Of a stretch of DNA of 64,000 bases, positions 44,326 through 52,835 are shown in pieces. Source of the stretch: an uncultured delta proteobacterium (GTDB lineage: Bacteria > Desulfobacterota > Binatia > UBA9968); NCBI GenBank assembly GCA_963771465.1, contig CAVYTU010000009.1, forward strand, positions 237,743 to 301,742. The letters are read 5' to 3'. Under the pieces are notes generated by a model. That model worked only from the letters and a program-made list of their open reading frames with translations, ran no database searches and was not told the DNA's origin. Within the stretch, counting starts at the first letter, position 1. Each line of letters begins with the position of its first letter. The position numbers and the translations under genes are program-made.

Positions 44326-44991
44326 TCAATGGCCCCGCAGGCCACCGCCGGTGAGATGCAGTATGACAAACAGCAGGACAAGGCCGATGGCGTGAATGGC
44401 GTGAATACCAACTACGCGCATCCAGCGTGGCGTACTGGTCGCAAATACCGGCGCGCGCACCAAGGTGGCGTTGTCGCTGGGACGGGGCTGCGATAGCTGA
44501 CGCCGGCCGTAAGAGGTCATGCCCCACGGCTTGAACAACGACACTGCCGTGACCGCAAGCAACACCAACAAGCCGCCCGCAGCGTGGACCACGAGTTGAA
44601 CTCGCAGCGCGCGGAAATCGGCATTGGACAATATCGTCTCCGCCGCGATCCGTGACATGCGGCTCACTGCCTGCATGTGACCAAGCAAGACGACGGTGGC
44701 ACCCGTCGTCAGCAGGAACTTCACCAGTATCCACCAGTATCGGAACAAGCCCCACGGAGTGCCCAATGACTGGACAAGCCCGCTCAACAGTGCGGCGACG
44801 CTCAATGGGACGATGACAAACCAGCCAATCAACTCCATCGAGAGATACGCGGCGCGCACCATCTGAGCATCGTCGCTGGTCAGACCGACGATGGCGAGAG
44901 CCAGGTAAGGAACGACGGCGCCGAGCCAGCCGACGGAGAAAGTGATGTGCGCAGTGAGCGCGAACTTGCGGAGGCGTGGTGTCATCGTCAT
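44326..44991 (-). CDS. DUF2269-like membrane protein
   Basis: RKFALTAHITFSVGWLG, GTPWGLFRYWWILVK, FKPWGMT. The longer ORF call reads through an attC. Confidence 0.8.
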   Translation of the reverse strand: MTMTPRLRKFALTAHITFSVGWLGAVVPYLALAIVGLTSDDAQMVRAAYLSMELIGWFVIVPLSVAALLSGLVQSLGTPWGLFRYWWILVKFLLTTGATVVLLGHMQAVSRMSRIAAETILSNADFRALRVQLVVHAAGGLLVLLAVTAVSLFKPWGMTSYGRRQLSQPRPSDNATLVRAPVFATSTPRWMRVVGIHAIHAIGLVLLFVILHLTGGGLRGH

Positions 44992-45042
44992 AACATGTCC
45001 ATTCTTTGTTTTGTTTTTGTTGATCGCGAAATGCTCGCTACC

Positions 45043-45104
45043 GCCTAACGTTCCCACTGAGACGCGCGAGTCTTTCACGCGTCGGACTCGAACCGGTGTT
45101 AGGC
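45043..45104 (-). repeat. attC site
   Basis: Perfectly complementary cores gcctaac/gttaggc; inner gacgcg/cgcgtc. Confidence 0.9.
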
Positions 45105-45254
45105 AACCGCGTCGATAATTGGACTTATCCCCTTTTTCTCTGCCGATTCTATGGTGCAGTGGTGTATTAGAATTGTCATCTCTATCGCTTTTCATACGCG
45201 GCTGCGCCGATGACGCTCCCGCGGCGCGGTAATCTGAAAGGTCGCCACCTTCGC

Positions 45255-45446
45255 TCAATCGGGGCCAAGCAACACCGGCAGAAGGAAGGTCCAGATTATT
45301 ACCGCGGCACCCGTTACAATCACGCCCAGCACCATGGCCCAGGTCAGATGCTTGGAACTAAGGTACTTTCCCCGTGTGGAATGCGCGTGCTCCGCTTTCT
45401 TTTGTTCTCGCTCTTGTCGATGGGACAGATCGCCCTCGTTGCTCAT
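45255..45446 (-). CDS. Small single-TM hypothetical protein
   Basis: GGAG RBS; charged N-terminus plus C-terminal TM; occupies a cassette slot. Confidence 0.6.
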   Translation of the reverse strand: MSNEGDLSHRQEREQKKAEHAHSTRGKYLSSKHLTWAMVLGVIVTGAAVIIWTFLLPVLLGPD

Positions 45447-45509
45447 ATCGTCTCCTTTTTCCTGGCAACAAAACTATGAATAGCATTTGATCACTTCGCA
45501 CCGTCATTG

Positions 45510-45560
45510 AGCTAACGTGGCGTCAACCGCGCCCGCTTGCGGGCATGGGCTGCATAGCAG
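45510..45560 (-). repeat. Partial attC (R' GTTAGCT retained)
   Basis: agctaac gtggcgtcaaccgc gcccgc tt gcgggc; R'' not recognisable. Confidence 0.5.
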
Positions 45561-45568
45561 GAAATGAT

Positions 45569-46171
45569 TTATGTCTCTTGTATCCAACCAACGCTTTTCG
45601 CCCATTCCAACCGTTTGCGTTTGGCTTCCGCAAGGTCGCGGGGCGGCTTGCCTCCCTCAGATTCGACTTCCTTTCGGTGCGCCGCCAAGTCATCATCTTG
45701 TGTGGCGGGCAGTCCCATGTCCCGTCTTCTCGCATCAAGATTGACCGGGTCTTCAACTACGCATGAAAGCTCACCCTGCTCATTCCAATCCAACACCGTC
45801 CCATACATCTGGGGTTTGTTTTCATTGAATCGAATCCTATCAATTAGAAAGGCAACCTGCGCTTTTGGGACCTCGCCGTTTTCAGCAGCCTCGGTGACAA
45901 GCGCGAGAAACCTCCGCTGCAAATCAGGAGTACATATGGAATGTTGGGCGATTAGCCAAGCCGCGCGGCAACCCTCGAGGCCGACTAGTGAAATGGTCGG
46001 CCAACCATGCTGCGAGATGACTTCATTCAGCCGGTGTGCGTTTTCCCGGTGCACTTGTTGCATTTCCTCGGCATAACCGTCATACAGCCGGCCCTCCCGC
46101 ACCAACCGTGAACGAGTGTCCGCGTCGCGTTGCTTCATCGCGAGCAATTCATCGAACAAGTGCTGATTCAT
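45569..46171 (-). CDS. DUF6624-like protein
   Basis: HGWP..SLVG, AWLIAQH, L.DRI, PQMYGT, RRRDMGL. Confidence 0.8.
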   Translation of the reverse strand: MNQHLFDELLAMKQRDADTRSRLVREGRLYDGYAEEMQQVHRENAHRLNEVISQHGWPTISLVGLEGCRAAWLIAQHSICTPDLQRRFLALVTEAAENGEVPKAQVAFLIDRIRFNENKPQMYGTVLDWNEQGELSCVVEDPVNLDARRRDMGLPATQDDDLAAHRKEVESEGGKPPRDLAEAKRKRLEWAKSVGWIQET

Positions 46172-46192
46172 GAGCTTCGCCCCATATGAGAA

Positions 46193-46279
46193 GCACGACG
46201 TTTTGGTGAGTGGCCCACCGGCACGACAGAAGAATGAGGGCACCGCTTTCTGCCCGTCCGCTCCACCTAAATATTGGGC
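46193..46279 (-). repeat. attC site (degenerate cores)
   Basis: gcacgac gttttggtgagtgg ... ccgctccacctaaat attgggc. Confidence 0.65.
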
Positions 46280-46287
46280 GTCTGTCA

Positions 46288-46566
46288 TTAATGGCCGAAT
46301 CCTCCACAAATCGCTTTTGCCTCGTCCCAGCATGAAGCACAAAAGATCTTGAATTCTGCGTCTTCAAACCATTGCTCAGATGACGCACCACTAAGGGCGA
46401 CGAGGGCTTTTTCACATTGTGCGCACCAAGCATCAGGCCGAGCCGTGTCAGTGTCGTCGCCCCAGTAGAACCCGACTTTCTCTCCACGGTCCACGGCGTG
46501 AGCTACATGTGTACAAACAAGGCCTATGCCTTGCTGTCCGTGCACCGGGCAATTCGTCTGCTTCAA
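46288..46566 (-). CDS. Small Cys-rich hypothetical protein
   Basis: CPVHG...VCTH, PDAWCAQCE, CASCW; probable TTG start after the attC. Confidence 0.65.
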   Translation of the reverse strand: MKQTNCPVHGQQGIGLVCTHVAHAVDRGEKVGFYWGDDTDTARPDAWCAQCEKALVALSGASSEQWFEDAEFKIFCASCWDEAKAICGGFGH

Positions 46567-46574
46567 TTGAAAAC

Positions 46575-46699
46575 GCCTAACGCATGGTTGCGGCAACTTG
46601 CGGCAACACGGGCAAAAGTGCTGCCTACACCACTTTGGTGGCTATGCACCACATCGTGCCCGTGTCCTTCACGCCGACCGGAGACCGCCAGCATTACAT
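46575..46699 (-). repeat. attC site (long, ~125 bp)
   Basis: gcctaac ... acacgggca/tgcccgtgt stem ... attacat, abutting the stop at 46699. Confidence 0.65.
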
Positions 46700-47679
46700 C
46701 AAGAATCCACGTTCACTACTGTTACGAATTTCTTCTCTGCAACTGCGAATCGACGCTTTTCTTTGTCAATCGCAATGGGAGGCGCGTGAATTTCATTCCA
46801 GATGACGCTACTGGTTTGATTTCCAGAATTGATCTCCTCCCATCGCTTTAGAACCTCGCCTGTCTTGAGTGAAAATAACTTGGGAAAACCATAGAATCCA
46901 ATCGCAAGCTCTTCATCAAGGGGCATTAACATGCCGACTGGTTCTTGTGCTTGGACGCATGATTCTATGGTTCTGGTGGACAAGTTCACGACAGCCAGGG
47001 ATCTTGGACCGACATTCCCCTCATCTGGATCATCATCCAAAGTTTCATTGGAGGTAGTAATAAGCATCCGATCGCGGGAGATTAGTTCTGCAGAAACTAC
47101 TTCGTACTCAAAGCTTGGTAGCGGCAACGATTTATCAAGGGCAGCGCCGTCTCGGAGCGAGGCGTTGATGTCATACACGGCAACATCGTTCCAGGGGTGC
47201 CATATCCAACCGGCGCTGAGGAGCCAATTGCCATTACGGCAAGTCCGTAAGCGCGAATGAAAAAAATCACTTGGCTGTCGCATGTCCGATTTAGCAAGCG
47301 TCTCCCCGGTTCGAATATCCTCTATTTCGAGGCGACAATACTGCTCTGGGCAGTGCACTAGAGCGGTTTGTCCATCCTGAGTTTCAAAAATTGCGATTGG
47401 GTATTCATAAACATTCGCGTGATAGAAACTCCGATTGATCTCTCGAACTACGTGGCCCTTGTTCAAGACCAAGCCTTTTGTTCCCAGTTTTTCATAGATA
47501 ACAGCGAATTCGCCACAAGGAGACATCACAGCAGCATCGAATCGATAACCATAGATGACATTGGGGTCCCCGACCGTTCCGTCCAAACGCAGGATTTGGC
47601 CACCACTGGCCCAATCGATCAGCTGATCATCTAGCCAGCAGAGTGAACGAATATTATGAGGTGCTTCTATACGCTGCAT
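46699..47679 (-). CDS. Hypothetical protein, possibly beta-propeller-like
   Basis: 326 aa ORF filling the slot between two attC sites; REINRSFYHA, DFFHSRL, SAGWIWHPW. Confidence 0.7.
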   Translation of the reverse strand: MQRIEAPHNIRSLCWLDDQLIDWASGGQILRLDGTVGDPNVIYGYRFDAAVMSPCGEFAVIYEKLGTKGLVLNKGHVVREINRSFYHANVYEYPIAIFETQDGQTALVHCPEQYCRLEIEDIRTGETLAKSDMRQPSDFFHSRLRTCRNGNWLLSAGWIWHPWNDVAVYDINASLRDGAALDKSLPLPSFEYEVVSAELISRDRMLITTSNETLDDDPDEGNVGPRSLAVVNLSTRTIESCVQAQEPVGMLMPLDEELAIGFYGFPKLFSLKTGEVLKRWEEINSGNQTSSVIWNEIHAPPIAIDKEKRRFAVAEKKFVTVVNVDS

Positions 47680-47712
47680 ATCGTCAGTTCACTGGTACAG
47701 TGAGGTCCTGCT

Positions 47713-47793
47713 GTCTAACGTCCGCGATGACGCGCGCGAGCGTGTGCGCGAAGCGCCGCTCGCGAAGGATCGCTGTCGACCGCGTGATTATGC
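47713..47793 (-). repeat. attC site
   Basis: gtctaac ... gcgagcg/cgctcgc stem ... attatgc. Confidence 0.75.
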
Positions 47794-47886
47794 GGCATCA
47801 ATTCTCACAAGTTGTGCGCGCAAGCCGGGGTTTGCCTCGGGTGCGATCTGGCCGACGAGTAACGTCCAGTATGGCGGAATCGGAAC

Positions 47887-48261
47887 TTAGACGCTCTGGA
47901 CCAACGCCATGATGTTTCCTTCCGTGTCCTTGAACCACGCAGCCTTGGCGCCGCCAGCGGTCGAGATACCGTTCTCGTCCATCTCTGGCATCTTGTACAT
48001 CTCCAACTTCACGCCGCGCGTCTTTAGCTCCCTGACCTCCCGTTCGATGTCCTCGACCTGCCAGAACGCCTGGCTCGCATGGGAGGTGCCTGCGTTCGGT
48101 GTAGGATAAAGAAAGCAAGCGGTGCCCTTGCCGAACTCGTAAACTACGCCGCCCGCCAACTCCTGCTTGGGTTTGAAGCCCAGCTTCTCCTCGTAGAATC
48201 TACGCGCGCGAGCCACGTCCTTCGCGGGTATATATGAATACATCGGGGCGTTTTGCAGCAT
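47887..48261 (-). CDS. VOC family protein
   Basis: ARRFYEEKLG, AAWFKDTEGN; GAGGAGG RBS. Confidence 0.9.
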   Translation of the reverse strand: MLQNAPMYSYIPAKDVARARRFYEEKLGFKPKQELAGGVVYEFGKGTACFLYPTPNAGTSHASQAFWQVEDIEREVRELKTRGVKLEMYKMPEMDENGISTAGGAKAAWFKDTEGNIMALVQSV

Positions 48262-48314
48262 GACGTCCTCCTCAAGTGGTTCTGCAGATGTGTGCTACCG
48301 GCATTCTTAATGAC

Positions 48315-48383
48315 GCATAACGTCAGCGCGTAGCCGCGGCGGCGCGATGACCGGCCGCTGTCGCCTCCAGCGCAAGGTCAGAC
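48315..48383 (-). repeat. attC site
   Basis: gcataac gtcagcgcgtagccg ... cgcctccagcgcaag gtcagac. Confidence 0.7.
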
Positions 48384-48445
48384 GGCGTGAGCAAGGTTTC
48401 ACGCGGTCACCGGGGTCAACGGCCTTGTGGTATTGACACCGCCGT

Positions 48446-49315
48446 CTAAGCTGAAGCGGCCTGATGCGCCCGGAGGAAGGAACGTATCTGGCGCACCGCC
48501 AGGGGAATCCGCTCCTTCGGCTCCTTCCAGGGGAACATACTCACTTCTGCCTTCGGTGCGAGCATCGCCGCCTCCATGGCGACGGCGTACGGATGCGGCG
48601 TGGTATCATCCGGCAGGATCAGTAGGGGCGTCTGGCACTTGCGCACGAAATCGCGCGTCACAGTCCAAACGAAGTCGGGGTTGGTGCGGTACATCTTGGT
48701 CAGAAATTTGTCGACCATCTCCATCGTGATGTCGGGCCGGCGCTTGACCAGATCGGGACCCCAGCCCTTCATGTTGCCGTCGTACGAGTGATTGGGCAGC
48801 TCCGGCCGGAATCCGCTCGGCTGAGCCAGCACGGCTGCGACAATACGATCAGGTGCCCGCTTCAGCAGGTTCCAAATCAATGGGCCACCGATGCAGAAGC
48901 CCATCACCATGAACTTGTCGATTCTTAAGTGATCCATCACACCAATATGGTCATCGGTATAGGCATCCCACGGCCGGTCGATCTCGAGCGGGCCGGTAGA
49001 CTGGCCGCCATTGGCGTTGCGCATATCCGAGAAGATGCAGCGGTATTCTCCCTTGAACTCCTCGATCGCATTAAAAGGCCCGCCGCGTTTCAAGCCGGCG
49101 ATCGTTGAGTTCAATCCGCCACCGGGGACAAGCAACAACGGGAAGCCGGAACCAGCCTCCTCATATTGGATGCGAACGGGGCCTTTTTCGTAAAACGACA
49201 TGGCAATTCCTCCTTGTCCAGTTTGCTGAGCAATCACGCGCGGCGCTGCGGCCATCACCGTTGCCGCGGCGCCCGTTTTCAGTATTTTGCGTCTGATCGG
49301 ATCCATCGTCGGCAT
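48446..49315 (-). CDS. Alpha/beta hydrolase-fold protein with Tat-like leader
   Basis: RRKILK leader, GSGFPLLL..GGGLNS, GFCIGG elbow (Cys). Confidence 0.85.
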   Translation of the reverse strand: MPTMDPIRRKILKTGAAATVMAAAPRVIAQQTGQGGIAMSFYEKGPVRIQYEEAGSGFPLLLVPGGGLNSTIAGLKRGGPFNAIEEFKGEYRCIFSDMRNANGGQSTGPLEIDRPWDAYTDDHIGVMDHLRIDKFMVMGFCIGGPLIWNLLKRAPDRIVAAVLAQPSGFRPELPNHSYDGNMKGWGPDLVKRRPDITMEMVDKFLTKMYRTNPDFVWTVTRDFVRKCQTPLLILPDDTTPHPYAVAMEAAMLAPKAEVSMFPWKEPKERIPLAVRQIRSFLRAHQAASA

Positions 49316-49331
49316 CCTCCTGACTTTCGAC

Positions 49332-49413
49332 GCCTAACTCAATGCGCTGAGCGGTCGTAAAAAAAGAATTCTGCCTGAGCAGTCTGACCATTAGCTCCAC
49401 CGAAGGGTCAGGT
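49332..49413 (-). repeat. attC site
   Basis: gcctaac tcaatgcgctgagcggtc ... gaccattagctccaccgaagg gtcaggt. Confidence 0.7.
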
Positions 49414-49704
49414 GTCACTTCGAGAACTGCCACCGGAAACTTCGACGCCTAGGCCGCAGTGGCCAGTGATCAAGCAGTTTCAACTCCTCGTTATCAGCAA
49501 CAATATAATCGCAGTAGTCATGCTGTTGCCAAGTCGCCGAATGATTGCCGCATCTTGACCAGCATAGCGCACGGCCCCCACGCAGCATCTTTCAGCCGCC
49601 CGACATGTCTCAACTCTTCGCTTGTGACAGGCTGCCGAACAAAATACCTTTCGTCGTTGTCACCCGCAAGCGGCGCAAATAATTCAGGCGCTTCATGCTC
49701 CGTG

Positions 49705-50025
49705 TTACTTGCCGTTTAGCCCATCGCGCCAGGCAATCGTTTCAAGTTCGACCCGGACAGCGTCCTCGACGGGAATCACGGGTCGCGCCTCGAATACAAA
49801 AGCAGGCCAGGTCGAGCATACCTTGTGAACGGTCGTCGGATCATCGCAGTCCACCAACATATGCCCACCCCACTCGCCCACGCGCACCACGAACAACTCG
49901 ATCTTGAAATTAGCGGGTGCCTTCCATTGAGTGAAAACCTCCAGGATCCGCTTCTGGGCATTCTCGTACTCCGTCGGCGATCCTTGCGGACGTTCGAACC
50001 AGCTGATCATGTACTTCATCGGCAT
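49705..50025 (-). CDS. DUF3303-like protein
   Basis: MKYMISW.ERPQGS, RVGEWGG, PVIPVEDA; AGGAGG RBS. Confidence 0.75.
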   Translation of the reverse strand: MPMKYMISWFERPQGSPTEYENAQKRILEVFTQWKAPANFKIELFVVRVGEWGGHMLVDCDDPTTVHKVCSTWPAFVFEARPVIPVEDAVRVELETIAWRDGLNGK

Positions 50026-50063
50026 CCTCCTTTATTGAGTTGATGTCATCGGAACGGCAGTCG

Positions 50064-50138
50064 TTTGAACGGGCAAAGCTGAGCGGTGCGTGCACGCGGT
50101 TTGCGCGTGTGGATGTCCGCGACAGCGCATTGTTAGGC
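50064..50138 (-). repeat. attC site
   Basis: tttgaac gggcaaagctgagcgg ... ccgcgacagcgcatt gttaggc. Confidence 0.8.
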
Positions 50139-50190
50139 GCTCATCTTTGGATAAATCTTTAACAAAGACTGCGGCCAATCTTCCTCCACG

Positions 50191-50637
50191 CTAATCTGGA
50201 ATCTCGGCCTCGACAAGTTTCGCTAGAAGAGTGAGCGATTCCTGCCAGCCAAGATAGCAAGCCTCGGGAGGAATGACATCGGGCACCCCTTCTTGCACGA
50301 TGTTCAACTCAGTCCCTACGGACACCTTCTTCAAAGTTACCGTCACCTGAAGTTTCCCTGGCAGGTTCGGGTCGTCAAATTTGTCCGTGTAGCGAATGCG
50401 TTCGTGCGGCACCAGTTCGAGATACTCGCCTCCGAAGGAGTGGCTATGTCCGGTGGTGAAATTCGTGAACGACATCTTGTGGGTGCCGCCGACCTTGGCA
50501 TCCAAGTGGTGGACCTTGCCGGTGAATCCGTTTGGCGGAAGCCATTTGGCCATTGCGTCGGCGTCGAGGAACGCCCGATAAATTCTCTCAGGCGTCGCAC
50601 GGAGCACGCGGTGAAGCCGGATGGTATTTGTTGACAT
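50191..50637 (-). CDS. SRPBCC/AHSA1 family protein
   Basis: RLHRVLRATPERIYRAF, KWLPP.GF, CYLGWQESL. Confidence 0.9.
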   Translation of the reverse strand: MSTNTIRLHRVLRATPERIYRAFLDADAMAKWLPPNGFTGKVHHLDAKVGGTHKMSFTNFTTGHSHSFGGEYLELVPHERIRYTDKFDDPNLPGKLQVTVTLKKVSVGTELNIVQEGVPDVIPPEACYLGWQESLTLLAKLVEAEIPD

Positions 50638-50700
50638 GATTTCATTCCTTTCGATGGGTGGTGTTGTGATGCAATAAATGCTCTGCAATGTCCGATCGCC

Positions 50701-50777
50701 GCCTAACGAAAAGTTCAGCCGACGTTTTGCCGTAGCGAAGCGGAGGCAAGACGGTCGGCTGGAGCGCCTTGTTAGGG
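50701..50777 (-). repeat. attC site
   Basis: gcctaac gaaaagttcagccgac ... gtcggctggagcgcctt gttaggg; R'' overlaps the GNAT stop codon. Confidence 0.92.
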
Positions 50778-51323
50778 CACAGTATCGTCATGGCCATTTA
50801 TCGCGAGTTTATGGATTTGGTAAACGACGTGTTCAACGATGTTTCCGTGAAGAGTTCTCTTGACTCGGCGATCTGTCAGAACACCGCCGATCTTTTCGAC
50901 GGCTTTACGTGATCTGAGATTCATTGTTCCCACTATGAAGATAACACTACTGACAAACGTAAAAGCGTGATTCAACATGAGACGTTTCATCTCTCCGTTG
51001 TAATCTCCACCCCAATGAGAGCGGGCAAGGAATGTCCAGCCGATCTCAAGTTCGCTCGGTTCAGGTCCATGCCAGAAATATCGGGATGAACCAATGATCT
51101 TCTGAGTCTTCCGGTCCACAGCTACAAGAGCGCCCTTTGACGCCAATGCCTCCAGAAAATATTCTCTGAACACGTCTTCTTTGTAGCGATCGTGAGAGGG
51201 ATGTAGCTTCCAGATCATCGGATCCGCAGCCGCTGCGAACAAACCTTCCCAATCGACGGCCAGAAGCGGCCGAAGTTCGAGAAGATCGCCAACAAGGTGA
51301 GGCTGCAAATCAAAACTTTTCAT
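50772..51323 (-). CDS. GNAT (RimJ/RimL-like) N-acetyltransferase
   Basis: EIGWTFLARSHWGG..N, NLRSRKAVEKIG. Confidence 0.9.
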   Translation of the reverse strand: MKSFDLQPHLVGDLLELRPLLAVDWEGLFAAAADPMIWKLHPSHDRYKEDVFREYFLEALASKGALVAVDRKTQKIIGSSRYFWHGPEPSELEIGWTFLARSHWGGDYNGEMKRLMLNHAFTFVSSVIFIVGTMNLRSRKAVEKIGGVLTDRRVKRTLHGNIVEHVVYQIHKLAINGHDDTVP

Positions 51324-51370
51324 TTCGCTAGTATGTTTAAGCTGTCATCCATCCATCCTGGTGTGAAGTG

Positions 51371-51437
51371 GCCTAACGTTCGCGGTGACTCGCGCGCGCT
51401 ACTCTTGCGCGCGTCTGAGTCGACCGTTCGGTTAGCC
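51371..51437 (-). repeat. attC site
   Basis: gcctaac gttcgcggtgactc gcgcgcg/gcgcgcg gagtcgaccgttcg gttagcc. Confidence 0.92.
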
Positions 51438-51498
51438 GTTCGTGCTGCTCAATGACGAGCCATCGTGGAACGCGAAATTCACATCTTAAACCGACTAG

Positions 51499-51948
51499 TT
51501 ACTTCTTGCCTTTTTGGTTTACGCTCTTGAGGTCGAACTTCCCGGGCGACTCCTCGTAGAAGAGCGCGCCTTCCTTCGGGTCTCCCTCGCTCACGTGCAC
51601 GGCGCCGGCCGGAATGGAGATGTAGGACCCGGCACCGACCCGCCGCTCGTTGCCGTTCTGGGGCTTGTAAATGTAGGCGCCCCGCAGCACGACGATCCGG
51701 ACTTCGTTGGTATGGGTATGAAGCGGATTGATAAGGCCTGGATCGAACTTCGTGAAGGCGCCATAAGGCCCCTTATCGTGATTACCCCAGAGAATCTTTT
51801 TCTTGACTCCCGGGACGACTTCCTTGAACTCCGCTTTCTCGGATTCCACGAAAACCGGCTCCTTCTTACTCTGGGCCACCGCCACGCTCAGCGAGCAGGC
51901 CACCAGCGCGACTCCGACTACCGAAACCAACTTTGCTTGCATCTTCAT
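51499..51948 (-). CDS. Exported cupin (DUF4437-like); first cassette of array B
   Basis: Signal peptide, PLHTHT...VVLRG, GSY..IPAG..H; AGGAGG RBS. Confidence 0.8.
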   Translation of the reverse strand: MKMQAKLVSVVGVALVACSLSVAVAQSKKEPVFVESEKAEFKEVVPGVKKKILWGNHDKGPYGAFTKFDPGLINPLHTHTNEVRIVVLRGAYIYKPQNGNERRVGAGSYISIPAGAVHVSEGDPKEGALFYEESPGKFDLKSVNQKGKK

Positions 51949-51994
51949 AGTTTCCTCCTGTGATGTGACTACGGACAACTTTTTCTACCGTTCC

Positions 51995-52089
51995 GGCTAA
52001 CCAATGAGTATACTGACCAGTATATTACGGTATCCAAAATCACGGTTGCCCGACTTTTATCTTTTCGATCAATAACTTGTCAATCAGTT
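51995..52089 (-). other. attI-like or secondary recombination junction
   Basis: GTTAGCC core with no attC partner; AT-rich flank with palindrome TATACTG-AC-CAGTATA (52009-52024) and tandem TCAATAACTT/TCAATCAGTT (52069-52089). Confidence 0.5.
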
Positions 52090-52090
52090 T

Positions 52091-52285
52091 TCATCCGCAG
52101 TTTCTCCTATATACATGGTCAGTATAGCGGGCCAATAGACGCTGTCCCTGGACGATCTCATAAACGCGCCGCACCGGAACGCCGATGTCTTTCGCAAGGT
52201 GCCAGACGCTCACGCCTCGGGGAGCGAGGAATTCTTCCAGTAAGATTCTGCCGGGATGTGTCTTTGAAAAGCGATTAGTATTCAT
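52091..52285 (-). pseudogene. higA: Truncated HigA-family antitoxin (HTH)
   Basis: HPGRILLEEFLAPRGVS..LAKDIGVP.RRV.EIV.GQR then LARY; internal segment and C-terminus missing; no higB nearby. Confidence 0.7.
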
Positions 52286-52304
52286 AATTACTCCTTAGGT
52301 TTTC

Positions 52305-52333
52305 GTTCAAACGTTCAAGGTTCAAAAGTTCAA
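52305..52333. repeat. Four GTTCAA repeats at the 3' end of the four-helix-bundle gene
   Basis: gttcaaacgttcaaggttcaaaagttcaa. Confidence 0.75.
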
Positions 52334-52761
52334 CGACAAGAATCGGAATTACTGACGACTGGTGACGATTCAGGTTTTCTGAATTTTTCACCCTTCATGC
52401 CGCTTTTCCTGAGATAGCTTATGAGATTGCTGATCATGCTCGACAATCGTTTGAAAGAGTTTGTCAGTTCGTCGACTGCTGTGCTCGGCACGTAACTCTG
52501 GTCGAGAGCCACATAGACCTGCGATCTCACTTCACCACACGAAGCTTTGGCGACGTAAAGAAATTGAACGAACTCCTGGTTACCGCCGCGCTCAAATCCT
52601 TCGGCAATATTCGACATGATAGACACAGCTGCCCGCCGAATTTGGTCGCGTAGACCGAAATCTTTTGCGAAGCTTTCATCTTTTGTCAGATGATAAATTC
52701 TTTGAGTTAGCCGGCGAGCCTCTTTCCATACCTCAAGATCTTCAAACACTTTCACAGCCAT
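52330..52761 (-). CDS. Four helix bundle protein (23S rRNA IVP-like family)
   Basis: FEDLEVWKEAR, DFGLRDQIRRAAVSIMSNIAEGFER, AKASCGEVRSQ. Confidence 0.92.
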   Translation of the reverse strand: MAVKVFEDLEVWKEARRLTQRIYHLTKDESFAKDFGLRDQIRRAAVSIMSNIAEGFERGGNQEFVQFLYVAKASCGEVRSQVYVALDQSYVPSTAVDELTNSFKRLSSMISNLISYLRKSGMKGEKFRKPESSPVVSNSDSCR

Positions 52762-52803
52762 ACAAACCTCCAATTACTTCTTAGTACTCTGCTCCAAAAT
52801 ACG

Positions 52804-52828
52804 TTGAACCTTAATTGAACTTTTGAAC
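52804..52828. repeat. Three TTGAAC repeats upstream of the four-helix-bundle gene, inverted relative to 52305-52333
   Basis: ttgaaccttaattgaacttttgaac. Confidence 0.7.
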
Positions 52829-52835
52829 GGCGCCG

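Larger units (their letters stand above)
37985..52001 (-). mobile_element. Integron-type cassette array B (~17 cassettes, no adjacent intI)
   Basis: Co-oriented short genes separated by attC-like hairpins, listed below; starts at GTTAGCC 52001-51995. Confidence 0.88.

Noticed and set aside
49414-49704. ~290 bp non-coding tail in the DUF3303 cassette as an ncRNA or extra cassette
   Set aside because: No clear structure, attC or ORF; may be a decayed gene.
52009-52024. LexA box or dif site at TATACTGACCAGTATA
   Set aside because: Spacing is CTG-N2-CAG, not the CTG-N10-CAG of the E. coli box, and no XerD-arm match is present.
52330-52761. Diversity-generating retroelement (Avd-like gene plus FGE/CLec-fold target at 27616)
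   Set aside because: No reverse transcriptase and no template/variable repeat pair was found in the window.
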